In this document: positions 1 through 13,549 of the stretch, one piece after another
Numbering within the stretch: the first letter of the stretch is position 1
Layout: each line of letters starts with the position of its first letter
Notes under the pieces: generated by a model
The model's database searches: none
What the model saw: only the letters and a program-made list of their open reading frames with translations
What the model was told of the DNA's origin: nothing
Program-made: the position numbers and the translations under genes
Origin: an uncultured Actinomycetes bacterium
GTDB lineage: Bacteria > Actinomycetota > Thermoleophilia > UBA2241
Assembly: GCA_963767005.1 (NCBI GenBank)
Contig: CAVYCN010000002.1
Span: 352,001 to 416,000 of the forward strand
Direction of reading: 5' to 3'
Length of the DNA stretch: 64,000 nt

Positions 1-518
1 TCACCATGCGCCAGGCGCTCGGCCGCGACCTCGACGGCATGAAGGTCTGGATCGTGGGCGACATCCTGCACAGCCGCGTGGCGCGCTCCGACATCGCCGG
101 CTTCCAGCTCCTCGGCATGGACGTGACCGTCGCCGGCCCGCCGTCGCTCATCCCGCGCGACGCCGAGGCCCTGGGCGTGAAGGTCGAGTACACGCTCGAC
201 CGCCTCGCCGAGGCCGACGTGATCTACCTGCTGCGCATGCAGATGGAGCGCATGCAGGAGGGCGCCAACTTCATCCCCTCGCTGCGCGAGTACTCGGCGC
301 TCTACGGCATGACGCTCGAGCGCCTGCGCCCCGGCCAGAAGGTCATGCACCCCGGTCCGATCAACCGCGGCGTCGAGATCAGCCCGGCGATCGCCGACCA
401 CCCCGACACGCTGATCCTCGAGCAGGTCGAGAGCGGCCTCGCCGTGCGCATGGCGATCCTCTACCGCACGATCGCCGGATACGACGAACGGCCCGCCCAC
501 GAAAGGGGTGCGGCATGA
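1..518 (+). CDS. pyrB: Aspartate carbamoyltransferase catalytic subunit (5' truncated by window edge)
   Basis: VGDILHSRVARS, LRMQMERM and MHPGPINRGVEI motifs; followed by pyrC. Confidence 0.95.
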   Translation, partial: TMRQALGRDLDGMKVWIVGDILHSRVARSDIAGFQLLGMDVTVAGPPSLIPRDAEALGVKVEYTLDRLAEADVIYLLRMQMERMQEGANFIPSLREYSALYGMTLERLRPGQKVMHPGPINRGVEISPAIADHPDTLILEQVESGLAVRMAILYRTIAGYDERPAHERGAA

Positions 519-1834
519 CCGTGCAGACGTGGAGCAAGGCAGGCGCGGGCGCCGAGCTGCTCGTGCGCGGCGCGCGCGTCGTCGACCCGCAGGCGGGGCT
601 CGACCAGACGGTGGACGTGCTCGTCCGCAAGGGCCGGATCGCCGAGATCGGCGAGGGGCTCGCGGCGCCGGCCAAGGTGCGCGTGGTCGAGGGCGATGGC
701 GCGCTGCTGCTGCCGGGCTTCGTCGACCTGCACGCCCACCTGCGCACGCCGGGGCGCGAGGACGAAGAGGACATCGTGAGCGGCACGGCCGCGGCCGCGG
801 CCGGCGGCTACGTGACGATCTTCGCCATGGCCAACACCGACCCCGTGGTCGACACGGCACCCGTGCTCGAGGGGCTGGCGCGCCAGGCGGCCGCCGTGGC
901 GAGCGTACCGGTCGGCTTCTTCGCCGCCATGAGCAAGGGCCTCGCCGGCAAGCAGCTCACCGAGATGCACGAGCTCGCCGCGGCCGGCGCCGTCGGCTTC
1001 AGCGACGACGGCCGTCCGCCGGCGAGCGCCTTGCTGCTGCGCCGCGCGCTGCAGTACGCCAAGGTCACCGACCGCTTCGTCGCCGTCCACGCCCAGGACG
1101 ACTCGCTCATGGGCACGGGCGTCATGCACGAGGGCGCCGTGTCGGCCAAGCTCGGCCTGGGCGGCATCCCTGCCATCGCCGAGAGCGCCGACGTGGCGCG
1201 CGCCCTCGAGGTCGCGCGCTACGAGAGCGGCCGCCTCCACCTCTGCCACCTGAGCACGGCGCTGTCGCTCGAGCACCTGGCCCGCGGCCGCGAGCTCGGT
1301 GTGCCGGTGACGGCCGAAGCCACGCCGCATCACCTCACGCTGACCGACGACGCCGTGGTGAGCCTCGACTCCAACCTCAAGATGAACCCGCCGCTGCGGC
1401 CCGAGGCCGATCGCAAGGCGCTCGTCGAGGCCCTGCGCGACGGCCTCATCGACTGCGTGGCCACCGACCACGCGCCGCACGCGCAGCAGGAGAAGGAGGT
1501 CCCCTTCGAGGCCGCACCGTTCGGCACGACGGGGCTCGAGACGGCCTTCGCCGCGCTCTACAGCGGTCTCGTGCTGACCGGCGAGCTGCCGCTCCCGGTC
1601 CTCGTGACCCGTATGAGCCAGGCGCCGGCCACGCTCGCGGGCCTGCCCGCTCCGACGATCGCGGCGGGTGTGCCGGCCGATCTGTGCCTGGTCGACGTCA
1701 CGACGCCCTGGACGGTCGCGGCGACCGACCTGCACTCGCGGTCGGCCAACTCCGCCTGGCTCGGACGTACCGTCAAGGGACGCGTCAGACTCACCGTCGC
1801 CGCAGGCCGCGTCGCCTACGACGACCGTGCCTAG
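515..1834 (+). CDS. pyrC: Dihydroorotase
   Basis: PGFVDLHAHLR, KMNPPLR and ATDHAPH motifs; ATGA overlap with pyrB. Confidence 0.95.
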   Translation: MTVQTWSKAGAGAELLVRGARVVDPQAGLDQTVDVLVRKGRIAEIGEGLAAPAKVRVVEGDGALLLPGFVDLHAHLRTPGREDEEDIVSGTAAAAAGGYVTIFAMANTDPVVDTAPVLEGLARQAAAVASVPVGFFAAMSKGLAGKQLTEMHELAAAGAVGFSDDGRPPASALLLRRALQYAKVTDRFVAVHAQDDSLMGTGVMHEGAVSAKLGLGGIPAIAESADVARALEVARYESGRLHLCHLSTALSLEHLARGRELGVPVTAEATPHHLTLTDDAVVSLDSNLKMNPPLRPEADRKALVEALRDGLIDCVATDHAPHAQQEKEVPFEAAPFGTTGLETAFAALYSGLVLTGELPLPVLVTRMSQAPATLAGLPAPTIAAGVPADLCLVDVTTPWTVAATDLHSRSANSAWLGRTVKGRVRLTVAAGRVAYDDRA

Positions 1835-2972
1835 CCCGGCCCTCGTCGTCCTCGAAGACGGCGCCGCCTTTCGCGGCGAGGCGATGGTCGGGTCGGGGAC
1901 GGTCGGTGGTGAGATCGTCTTCAACACGGCGATGACGGGCTACCAGGAGATCGCGACCGACCCGTCGTACTGCGGCCAGATCGTGACGTACACGTTCCCG
2001 TTGAACGGCGACTACGGCGCCGACCCGGCGCGCGACGAGTCCGACCGGGCGCACGCGCGCGCCATCGTCGCCCGCGAGCTCGTGAACTACGCCTTCAACC
2101 GGGCATCGAGCACGAGCTGGCTCGACTGGTTGAGCGCCCACGGTGTGCTCGCCGTGAGCGGCGTCGACACCCGCGCGCTCACGCGCCACATCCGCAGCCG
2201 CGGCGCGTTGCGCGCGGTGGTGTCGACCGACGATCCCGACGTCGGCTCGCTGCGCAAGCGCGCGCAGCGGCTGCCACGCATGGCGGGGCTCGACCTCGCG
2301 AGCGCCGTCACGCGGGCACAGCCGGCCGAGAGCCCGACGACCGCCGAGCCGGCCGACGGCGGGCCGCCGCTGCACGTGGTCGCGCTCGACTTCGGCATCA
2401 AGCGCTCGATCGTCGGCTACCTCGCGGCGGCCGGGTGCCGCACGACCGTCGTGCCGGCGGGCACGGCCGCGCGCGACATCCTCAGGCTCGCGCCCGACGG
2501 CGTCTTTCTGTCGAACGGTCCGGGCGACCCGGCGGCCGTCGGCTACGCCGTGAAGACCGTCCAGAAGCTGCTCGGCCAGACGCCGCTGTTCGGCATCTGC
2601 CTGGGACACCAGCTCCTCGCTCTGGCGCTCGGCATGCCCACCTACAAGCTCAAGTTCGGTCATCGCGGCGCCAACCACCCGGTGAAGGAGCTCGGCACGG
2701 GCGCGATCGAGATCACGACGCAGAACCACGGCTTCGCGGTGCGCGACGAGCCCTCGTCGAAGCGTGACGCGACCGTGCGGGTCACCCACGTGAACCTGAA
2801 CGACGGCACGGTCGAGGGCGTCGCCGCGCCCGAGCGCTACGCCTTCTCCGTGCAGTACCACCCCGAATCGACGCCGGGACCGCACGACTCCCTGCACCTG
2901 TTCGGGCGCTTCGTGGCCGAGATGCGGCGCTTCGCCGCAGAGCGTGCGCCGGCCGTGGCGGAGGTGCGCTAG
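1827..2972 (+). CDS. carA: Carbamoyl-phosphate synthase small subunit
   Basis: [29 protein letters not shown] and QYHPE motifs; GTG start at 1827 chosen by homology. Confidence 0.96.
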   Translation: MPSPALVVLEDGAAFRGEAMVGSGTVGGEIVFNTAMTGYQEIATDPSYCGQIVTYTFPLNGDYGADPARDESDRAHARAIVARELVNYAFNRASSTSWLDWLSAHGVLAVSGVDTRALTRHIRSRGALRAVVSTDDPDVGSLRKRAQRLPRMAGLDLASAVTRAQPAESPTTAEPADGGPPLHVVALDFGIKRSIVGYLAAAGCRTTVVPAGTAARDILRLAPDGVFLSNGPGDPAAVGYAVKTVQKLLGQTPLFGICLGHQLLALALGMPTYKLKFGHRGANHPVKELGTGAIEITTQNHGFAVRDEPSSKRDATVRVTHVNLNDGTVEGVAAPERYAFSVQYHPESTPGPHDSLHLFGRFVAEMRRFAAERAPAVAEVR

Positions 2973-2974
2973 CT

Positions 2975-6180
<3,206 letters not shown>

Positions 6181-6184
<4 letters not shown>

Positions 6185-6990
6185 GCGCGGCCGCGGCCTT
6201 CGGCGTCGAGAGCTGCGCCGCCGCGACGAGCGGCCGCTACCGCGTCGTCGAGCGACGCTCGTTCGGGCGCTACGCGCTGCTCACGGTGCTCGCCCCCAAC
6301 GTGGCCGCGGCGGCGCGTCCCGGTCAGTTCGTTATGGCGGCGGTGCCGGGCGGCGCGTTCCACCTGCGCCGGCCGCTCTCGATCCATTCCGTGCAGGGCG
6401 ACCGCCTGCGTCTGCTCGTCGAGCCCCGCGGCGAGGGCACGCTCGAGATCGCCAGCGCCGGCGTGGCCGACACGCTCGCCCTGGCCGGGCCACTGGGCAA
6501 CGGGTTCCCGCTCGACGACGTGACCGAGGCGCTGCTCGTGGGCGGCGGCATCGGCGCGGCACCGCTGCAGTCCGTGGCCGACGCCCTGCGGGCCCGCGGC
6601 GTGCCTACGACCGCCGCCTTCGGGTTCCGCGACGCCGAGCAGGCGCGGCTGGCGGGCGCCTTCGAGATCGCCGATCTCTGGGTCGCGACCGACGACGGCA
6701 GCGTCGGCCGGCGGGCGACCGCCGTCGAGCTTGCGGCCGAGGTCGGGGCGGGACCGCAGGCGACCGTGCTCGCCTGCGGTCCCGCCCCGATGCTCGCCGC
6801 CGTGCGCGCCTGGGCCGCCGCGGCCGGCCGCCCGGGCTTCGCCTCGCTCGAGGCGCACATGGCCTGCGGCACGGGTGCGTGTCACGGGTGCGTGGTGGCC
6901 ACGACCGAGGGGTACCTGCGAGTCTGCGTCGAGGGCCCGGTGTTCCCCTTCGATCTGCTGGCCGACGGTCCCGCCGAGGTGGCGCCGTGA
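6181..6990 (+). CDS. pyrK: Dihydroorotate dehydrogenase electron transfer subunit
   Basis: PGQFVM, LRRPLS, GPLGNGF, GGGIG and the [2Fe-2S] motif [11 protein letters not shown]...VCVEGPVF. Confidence 0.93.
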
Positions 6991-7039
6991 ACCGCCGACG
7001 TCGCGGCCGTGCCGGCACGCCCGGCCAGAAGGAGGATCC

Positions 7040-8008
7040 GTGAGCGGCGAGGCCATCGGCCCCGACCTGCGCGTCGACCTGGCGGGGCTGGCGCTCGCCC
7101 ACCCCGTGATCAACGCCTCGGGCACCTTCGATGCGCTCGAGACGGCCCGGCGGTTCGGCCCGGCGGCGCTCGAGCCGTTCCCCTTCGCGGCCTACGTCCC
7201 CAAGACCGTCACACTCGAGCCGCGCCCCGGTAACCCGCCGCCGCGGGTCACCGAGACGGCGGCCGGCATGATCAACGCGGTCGGTCTGCAGAACCCCGGC
7301 CTCGAAGCGTGGCTCGCCGACCTGCCGCTGCTCTCAGCCGTGCCGGTGCCGGTCATCGTCAACATCGGCGGCCGGCGCCCCGACGACTACCTCGAGGTGC
7401 TGCGTCGCGTCGAGGCGCGACTCGACGAGGGCGCCGCCGGACTGCCCGACGTCGTCGGGTACGAGCTCAACGTCTCGTGCCCCAACGTGGGGAGGGGCGG
7501 CCTTGCGATCGGCACCGAGGCGGTCGAGACCGCTCGCCTCACGGCGGCCGCGCGGGCGCTCACCCGCCGGCTCGTCATCGTCAAGCTGACGCCCAACGTC
7601 ACCGACGTCGTGGCGATCGCCCGGGCGGCGGCCGAGTCGGGGGCCGACGCGGTCTCCCTGGTCAACACGCTGAAGGGTCTCGTGCTCGACCCGGCTACGC
7701 TGCGGCCGTTCCTGGGCAACCGCACCGGCGGGGTGTCGGGCCCGGCGATCAAGCCGGTCGCCCTGCGCATGGTGTACGAGGTCGCCGAGGCTGTCGAGGT
7801 CGCCGTGGTCGGCATGGGCGGCGTGACGAGCGGCCGCGACGTGCTCGAGTTCATCGCCTGCGGTGCCACGGCCGTCGCGGTCGGCGCGGCGACGTTCGCC
7901 GACCCCGAGGCGCCGCGGCGTGTGGTCGCCGAGCTCGCCGCCGAGCTGCGCGCGCGCGGCGTGCGCAGCCCGGCGGCGTTGCGCGGGGCGGCCCTCGAAG
8001 GCTCGTAG
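7040..8008 (+). CDS. pyrD: Dihydroorotate dehydrogenase, family 1B catalytic subunit
   Basis: INASGT, GNPPPRVTET, ELNVSCPNV, KLTPNVTD and GGVSGPAIKP motifs; GGAGG SD before GTG at 7040. Confidence 0.95.
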   Translation: MSGEAIGPDLRVDLAGLALAHPVINASGTFDALETARRFGPAALEPFPFAAYVPKTVTLEPRPGNPPPRVTETAAGMINAVGLQNPGLEAWLADLPLLSAVPVPVIVNIGGRRPDDYLEVLRRVEARLDEGAAGLPDVVGYELNVSCPNVGRGGLAIGTEAVETARLTAAARALTRRLVIVKLTPNVTDVVAIARAAAESGADAVSLVNTLKGLVLDPATLRPFLGNRTGGVSGPAIKPVALRMVYEVAEAVEVAVVGMGGVTSGRDVLEFIACGATAVAVGAATFADPEAPRRVVAELAAELRARGVRSPAALRGAALEGS

Positions 8009-8089
8009 CGGCGAGCGGGCGAGACGGGGCGGCGACAGCCGCCGCCCAGATTCTGCCGCACCGTCGCCCTTTTGGGCGGCGCCGGCGGC

Positions 8090-8119
8090 TTGAACCGGCC
8101 CGGGCGGTTCCCCTATACT
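8090..8119 (+). promoter_or_regulatory. Housekeeping sigma promoter of mihF (TTGAAC-N18-TATACT), near-leaderless transcript
   Basis: -35 at 8090-8095 and -10 at 8114-8119; ATG follows at 8129 with no SD. Confidence 0.65.
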
Positions 8120-8128
8120 GGCGGGCAC

Positions 8129-8461
8129 ATGAGCACGCCCGCCAAACAGCTCAACATCGCACCAGCCCGCTCACTCGACCAGCGCATGGACGCGCTGCGG
8201 CGCGCCAACCAGGTGCGCAGCGACCGCGCTCGCCTCAAGGTCGACCTCAAGCGCGGCACGGTGACGATCGCCTCGGTGCTGCGCGAGCCGCCCGGCTACC
8301 TGCTCACCGCCAAGGTCATCGACGTCCTCATGGCCGCGCCCAAGTGCGGCAGAGTCAAGTCGGCGCGCATCATGGACCAGTGCCGCGTCAGCCCGAGCAA
8401 GACCGTGGGCGGCCTCTCCGACCGCCAGCGCACCGAGCTGCTGCGCTTCTTCGGGAGCTGA
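8129..8461 (+). CDS. mihF: Actinobacterial integration host factor (mIHF/sIHF, H2TH fold)
   Basis: R..AL..A..R..RA.LK..LK.G...KV..VL.A.PK.G.VK..IM....VS.SKTVGGLS..QR..LL pattern; conserved position before gmk. Confidence 0.88.
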   Translation: MSTPAKQLNIAPARSLDQRMDALRRANQVRSDRARLKVDLKRGTVTIASVLREPPGYLLTAKVIDVLMAAPKCGRVKSARIMDQCRVSPSKTVGGLSDRQRTELLRFFGS

Positions 8462-8472
8462 CCATCCCCGCG

Positions 8473-9042
8473 GTGTTCGTCGTCCTGGGGCCGTCGGGCG
8501 CCGGGAAGGGGACCCTCATCGATCTCGCCCTTCGCTCGCTGCCGGGCGTCGTCACATCGGTGTCGGCGACCACGCGCGCGCCCCGCGCCGGCGAGATCGA
8601 CGGCACGCACTACCGGTTCCTGTCGCAGAGCGCGTTTCGCCGGGCCGTCGACGAGGGCAGGTTCCTCGAGTGGGCCGACTACGGCGGCAACCTCTACGGC
8701 ACGACTCGCGACGACGTGGAAGCCAAGCTCGCCGCAGGCTATGATGTGATCCTCGAGATCGACCTGCAGGGCGCGCGCGCGGTCCGCGCGGCCGTGCCCG
8801 ACGCCACCCTGATCTTCGTCGCGCCGCCGTCGATCGAGGAGCTCGGTCGGCGCCTGCGTGGCAGGGGGACCGACTCCGCGGCGGCGATCGCCCGCCGGCT
8901 CGAGATCGCGCGCGGCGAGCTCGCCGCGGCGCACGAGTTCGACGAGGTGATCGTCAACGACGACGCGAAGCAAGCGGCGGCGAGGCTGGCCGCGATCATC
9001 GCGGACCGCCGCGACGCAGAGAAACGACACAAAGGAGACTAG
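8473..9042 (+). CDS. gmk: Guanylate kinase
   Basis: GPSGAGKGT, SVSATTRAPRAGE, FLEWA..GN.YGT and ILEIDLQGA motifs; start approximate. Confidence 0.95.
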   Translation: MFVVLGPSGAGKGTLIDLALRSLPGVVTSVSATTRAPRAGEIDGTHYRFLSQSAFRRAVDEGRFLEWADYGGNLYGTTRDDVEAKLAAGYDVILEIDLQGARAVRAAVPDATLIFVAPPSIEELGRRLRGRGTDSAAAIARRLEIARGELAAAHEFDEVIVNDDAKQAAARLAAIIADRRDAEKRHKGD

Positions 9043-9275
9043 TGGACCGTCCCCGCATCGACGAGCTGCTGCCCCGCGCGGGCAACTCGCGCTACTCCCT
9101 CACGATCATCGCGGCCAAGCGCGCCCGCCAGATCAACAACTACTACAACTCACTCGGCGAGGGCCTGTTCGACGAGTTCCCGCCGCCCCTCGTGACGTCG
9201 CGCAGCAAGAACCTGCTGACGATCGCCTTCGAGGAGATCGCCGAGGGCAAGATCGACTTCGAGTCGAAGGCCTGA
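9042..9275 (+). CDS. rpoZ: RNA polymerase omega subunit
   Basis: PRIDELL..SRYSLTIIAAKRARQIN..LTIAFEEI motif; gmk-rpoZ-coaBC synteny. Confidence 0.95.
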   Translation: MDRPRIDELLPRAGNSRYSLTIIAAKRARQINNYYNSLGEGLFDEFPPPLVTSRSKNLLTIAFEEIAEGKIDFESKA

Positions 9276-9291
9276 GCGGACCGCGCCGCGC

Positions 9292-10515
9292 GTGGCAGCC
9301 GTGACCGTCGTCGAGGCACATCCGCCCGAGCGCCACGTCCTCGTGGGCGTGAGCGGCGGCATCGCCATCTACAAGGCTGTTGAGCTCGTCCGCCTGCTCA
9401 CCAAAGAGGGCTTCGCGCCCACCGTCGTGGCCACCGAGGCCAGCAAGCGCTTCATCATGCCGCTGACCTTCGCCGCGGTGGCGCGCGCCGCCGTGCTCGA
9501 CGACGAGAGCTCGTGGCAGCCCTCGAGTGGCTGGTTCGAGCACATCGAGGCGGCCCGGCGCGCCGACGTCATGGTGATTGCGCCGGCGACCGCCAACACG
9601 GTCGCCAAGCTCGCCCACGGACTGGCCGACAACCTGCTGTCGGCGATCTACCTGGCCTTCCGCGGCCCCGTCATCGTGGCGCCGACCGCCAACTGGGCGA
9701 TGTACGAGCACCAGGCCACGCAGGGCAATCTCGCGATCTTGAGCGAGCGGGGCGTCGAGGTCCTGCCGACCGGCACCGGCGATCTCGCCTGCGGCGAGGA
9801 GGGCGCCGGTCGCATGGCCTCGCCCGACGTCATCATGGCGGCCGTACGGCGCGCCTTTGCCGGCCTCGCGGCCGGGCCGCTGTCCGGCCGCAAGGTCGTG
9901 GTGACCGCCGGCGGTACACGCGAGGCGATCGACGCCGTGCGCTACATCGGCAACCGCTCGAGCGGCAAGATGGGCCGAGCGGTGGCCGACGAGGCCTACC
10001 TGCGCGGCGCCGACGTCGTGCTCGTCACGACGCAGGCCGGCGCCGAGGTGCCCTACCGCAGGGTGATCGTCGAGTCGGCGACCGAGATGGCCGACGCGGT
10101 GAGCGGCGAGTGCGCCGACGCCGCGGTCCTCGTGATGGCCGCGGCCGTCGCCGACTATCGCCCGGTCTCGGTCGCCGAGGGCAAGCTCTCGCGCAGCGAC
10201 GAGCCCGAGCTCACGCTGCGGCTCGTGCCCACCGTCGACGTCCTCGCGACGACGCGGCGGCCCGGTCTCGTGCGGGTGGGCTTCGCCGCCGAGGCGGGGC
10301 CGCGCATCGACAGGGCGCGTGCCAAGAAGGCCGCCAAAGACGTCGAGATGCTGGTCTTCAACGACATCCTCGCCGCCGGCGTCGGCATCGGCTCCGACGA
10401 GAACGAGATCACTATCCTCACCACCGGGCGCGACGTGCACGTGCCGCGCACGAGCAAGGCGGCCTGCGCGAGGGCGATCCTCGACGAGCTCGAGGGCATC
10501 CTGACGGCCGGCTGA
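9292..10515 (+). CDS. coaBC: Bifunctional phosphopantothenoylcysteine decarboxylase/synthase
   Basis: GVSGGIAIYKA, APATANT.AKLAHGLAD, LACGEEG.GRM, TAGGTRE.ID.VRYIGNRSSGKMG and GFAAE motifs. Confidence 0.96.
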   Translation: MAAVTVVEAHPPERHVLVGVSGGIAIYKAVELVRLLTKEGFAPTVVATEASKRFIMPLTFAAVARAAVLDDESSWQPSSGWFEHIEAARRADVMVIAPATANTVAKLAHGLADNLLSAIYLAFRGPVIVAPTANWAMYEHQATQGNLAILSERGVEVLPTGTGDLACGEEGAGRMASPDVIMAAVRRAFAGLAAGPLSGRKVVVTAGGTREAIDAVRYIGNRSSGKMGRAVADEAYLRGADVVLVTTQAGAEVPYRRVIVESATEMADAVSGECADAAVLVMAAAVADYRPVSVAEGKLSRSDEPELTLRLVPTVDVLATTRRPGLVRVGFAAEAGPRIDRARAKKAAKDVEMLVFNDILAAGVGIGSDENEITILTTGRDVHVPRTSKAACARAILDELEGILTAG

Positions 10516-10604
10516 TCCCCGGTCGCGCGCCAGGAGCGCCCAGGGCCGGTGCAGCCACGCGGTCGGGCCGCGTCCGGCCGCGTCCGACAAGGAGGCAAGG
10601 GCAC

Positions 10605-11180
10605 ATGAGCGTCAGCCCCGCGACGCGCGCCGTGCTCGTCGGTCTCATCGGCGAGTCGGTCGCAAACGAGAACCTCCGCCGTCACATGCTGGCGACCGAG
10701 GCGGTCATGCGGGCGCTCGCCGAGCGCCTCGGCCACGATCCCGACCTCTGGGGTCTCGCCGGCCTCGCCCACGACCTCGACGCCGAAGAGACCGCGCACG
10801 ATGCCGCGCGCCACGGGGCGCAGGCGGCCGAGCGTCTGGCCGGCCTGGGCCTGCCCGACGAACTGGTGCACGCCGTCGCGGCCCACAACCCCGCGACGGG
10901 CACGGTCGTCGAGCGGCCGATCGACGTAGCCCTGATCGCCGCCGACCAGACGACCGGTCTGATCACCGCCGCCACGCTCGTGCGGCCCGACCGCGCGCTG
11001 CCCGAGGTCAAGCTGAAGTCCGTGCGCAAACGCATGCGCGAGGGCGCCTTCGCGCGCGGCGTCGACCGCGGCTCGATCGCGCGGTGCGAAGAGCTCGGTC
11101 TCGGCCTCGACGAGTTCCTCGATCTGGCGCTGCAGGCGATGCAGGGCGTCGCCGCCGACCTGGGGCTGGCCGGGGAGTGA
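10605..11180 (+). CDS. HDIG/HD-domain metal-dependent phosphohydrolase
   Basis: NLRRHMLATE, GLAHDLD, AAHN and KSVRKRM...FARGVDR; AAGGAGG upstream. Confidence 0.85.
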   Translation: MSVSPATRAVLVGLIGESVANENLRRHMLATEAVMRALAERLGHDPDLWGLAGLAHDLDAEETAHDAARHGAQAAERLAGLGLPDELVHAVAAHNPATGTVVERPIDVALIAADQTTGLITAATLVRPDRALPEVKLKSVRKRMREGAFARGVDRGSIARCEELGLGLDEFLDLALQAMQGVAADLGLAGE

Positions 11181-11605
11181 GCAGCGACACGGTCGGTGGC
11201 CCGCCGCGGTCCGGCGACTCGCAGGTCGCCCCGGTGGGCGGCGACGGCGACCGCGCCTACGAGTACTTCGAGAGAGGGCGGCGGTTCCTCGCCGAGCGTC
11301 ATCCGGCGCAGGCCGCCATGTACCTCGAGCGCGCCCGGGCGATCGCCCCCGACAAGAACTCGATCCGCGAGGCCCTCGGCCGCGCCTACTACGCGCTCGG
11401 GCGCTACGACGGCGCGGCGCGCGAGTTCGCGGAGATCGTCGGCCGGGCGCCGGCCACCGACTACGCGCATTTCGCCCTCGCGCGCTGCCTGCTGAAGCTG
11501 GGCGACGTGTCCGGTGCGCGTCGCGAGGCGCGTCTCGCCGTGGCGATGGCGCCCGGCAACGACGACTACCGCCAGGCGCTCGACGACTGCCTCGAGGCCG
11601 GCTGA
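11177..11605 (+). CDS. Small tetratricopeptide-repeat protein
   Basis: Helical TPR-like repeats (LERARAIAPDKNSIREALGRAYY, YAHFALARCL); GTGA overlap with HD gene. Confidence 0.8.
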   Translation: MSSDTVGGPPRSGDSQVAPVGGDGDRAYEYFERGRRFLAERHPAQAAMYLERARAIAPDKNSIREALGRAYYALGRYDGAAREFAEIVGRAPATDYAHFALARCLLKLGDVSGARREARLAVAMAPGNDDYRQALDDCLEAG

Positions 11606-11687
11606 GGATCTGCGCGGCGCGCGACCGCGAGCCCGGGGGGTGCGGCCGGCGCGGGGAACGGGGGCGGCGTGAGCGCCGCCGCGAGGC

Positions 11688-12665
11688 TCAGGCTCTCGGG
11701 GTCTGCTGCGGCGCCGCGCTGGGCGGCGTGAGCGCGTCGCTGCCGGCGTGCGCCATGTCGAGCAGGATCTGGATGCGCTTCTGGATGGGCGGATGCGTGT
11801 CGAACAGGCCGGCCGATTCGCGCGTCTTGCGCCCCTTGAGGGGGTTGGCGATATAGAGGTGCGCGGTGGCCCTCGTCGCGACCTGCAAGGGGCGCGGGTC
11901 GGCGGCGATCTTCTGCAGGGCGTGGGCGAGACCGAGCGGGTTGCGCGTGAGCTCGACGCCGCTCGCGTCGGCTAAGTACTCGCGGTGGCGCGAGACGGCG
12001 AGCTGCACCATCCAGGCGAAGAACGGGGCGAGGATGGCGAGCACGATGGCGATCAGAAAGAAGATCGCCCCTGCGCCGCCGCCGCTGTCGTTGTTACTGC
12101 GGCGGCCGCCGCCGAAGCCGCCGAAGAACGTGAAGCGCAGGAAGAAGTCGGCGATCAGGGCGATCATGCCGACGAGCACGCCGACGAGCGTCGCGAAGCG
12201 GATGTCGAAGTTGCGCACGTGCGACATCTCGTGGGCGATCACACCCTGGAGCTCGTCGCGGCTCATCATCTGGAGAAGGCCGGCCGTGACCGCGACCGAG
12301 GCGTGCTTGGGGTCGCGGCCCGTGGCGAAGGCGTTGGGCGCCGCGTCGGCGATGACGTACACGGTCGGCATCGGGATGCCGGCGGCGATCGACATCTCCT
12401 CGACCACGTCCCAGAGGATCGGGGCCTGATCGCGCGTGATGCGCTGCGCGCGACTCGCGGCCAGGACGATGCCGGCCCCGCCGTAGTAGCCGATCAGGCT
12501 CCAGACGATCGCGACGATGCCGAAGACACCGAGCAGCCCGATGCCGCCCGTGTACGTACGGAAGGCGGCCACGCCGATGGCGAAGCCGAGCGTGAGTAAC
12601 ACGGCGAGGATGACGGCGACCAGGAAGACCGAGTCGCGCTTGTTGCGGGCGATCTGCTCGTACAT
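11688..12665 (-). CDS. htpX: M48 family zinc metalloprotease HtpX
   Basis: PNAFATGRDP, IAHEMSH (HExxH), SRHREYLAD and THPP motifs; TM helices. Confidence 0.93.
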   Translation of the reverse strand: MYEQIARNKRDSVFLVAVILAVLLTLGFAIGVAAFRTYTGGIGLLGVFGIVAIVWSLIGYYGGAGIVLAASRAQRITRDQAPILWDVVEEMSIAAGIPMPTVYVIADAAPNAFATGRDPKHASVAVTAGLLQMMSRDELQGVIAHEMSHVRNFDIRFATLVGVLVGMIALIADFFLRFTFFGGFGGGRRSNNDSGGGAGAIFFLIAIVLAILAPFFAWMVQLAVSRHREYLADASGVELTRNPLGLAHALQKIAADPRPLQVATRATAHLYIANPLKGRKTRESAGLFDTHPPIQKRIQILLDMAHAGSDALTPPSAAPQQTPRA

Positions 12666-12698
12666 GCCGGGAACGGCGCTCCTTCAGCCGGCCGTCGC

Positions 12699-13394
12699 CT
12701 ACTGCTGCGGCGTGGGCGGCTGCTGCGGCGGCGCCGGGGGTTGCTGGGCGACCGGCGGCTGCGCCAGGGGTGCGGGCTGCGGGGCCGGCGCGACCGGGGC
12801 CGCGGGCTGCTGGAGCTGCACCGCGGGCGCCGAGAGGCCCAGGTCGACCTTCGGCACCTCGCGGTCGGCCGCTTCGCCTTCGAAGAACTGGCGCGCCGTG
12901 AAGTTGAACATGCCGGCGATCGTGTTGGCCGGGAACGACTGGATCTTCGTGTTGTAGCTCATGACGCTGTCGTTGTAGAACTGGCGCGCGAACGAGATCT
13001 TGTTCTCGGTCGTGGTGAGCTCCTCTTGCAGCGAGATCACGTTCTGGTTCGCCTTCAGGTCGGGGTAGTTCTCGACGACGGCGAACAGCGAGCGCAGCGT
13101 CTGGGTCAGCGTGTTCTCGGCCTGTGCCTGGGCGGCAGGGCCCTGCGCGCCGGCGGCCACCGCGGCGGCCCGTGCGTTGGTCACCTTGGTCAGGGTGTCC
13201 TGCTCGAACTGCATGTAGCCCTTGACCGACTCGACCAGGTTGGGGATGAGGTCGTGCCGGCGCTTGAGCTGCACGTCGATCTGGCTCCAGGCGTTGTCGA
13301 CCTGGTTGCGCCCGCGTACGAGGCCGTTGTAGGTGGCCCACAGTGCGAGCGCGAGCACCACGACGATCACGATCACCACGATGACTGCAGTCAC
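12699..13394 (-). CDS. lemA: LemA family membrane protein with Pro/Gln-rich tail
   Basis: N-terminal TM, AWSQIDVQLKRRHDLIPNLV, ENYPDLKA and FPAN motifs; lemA-htpX pairing. Confidence 0.93.
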   Translation of the reverse strand: MTAVIVVIVIVVVLALALWATYNGLVRGRNQVDNAWSQIDVQLKRRHDLIPNLVESVKGYMQFEQDTLTKVTNARAAAVAAGAQGPAAQAQAENTLTQTLRSLFAVVENYPDLKANQNVISLQEELTTTENKISFARQFYNDSVMSYNTKIQSFPANTIAGMFNFTARQFFEGEAADREVPKVDLGLSAPAVQLQQPAAPVAPAPQPAPLAQPPVAQQPPAPPQQPPTPQQ

Positions 13395-13549
13395 GACGAT
13401 TCGCTCCTTTTGAAGGTCTTGTCCCTGCGCGTTCTACCCATTCTACGTCAGACGCTCGCAGGCGAGTGGGTGCCGGCGGGCGGAGCGGCGTCGCAGGTCC
13501 TCCCGTACACTGAAACGTTCCCGTGAACGGAGATGCTATGCTGGCCGCC

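Noticed and set aside
12699-12830. Repetitive Pro/Gln/Ala-coding DNA at the lemA 3' end
   Set aside because: Low-complexity protein tail, not a CRISPR or mobile repeat
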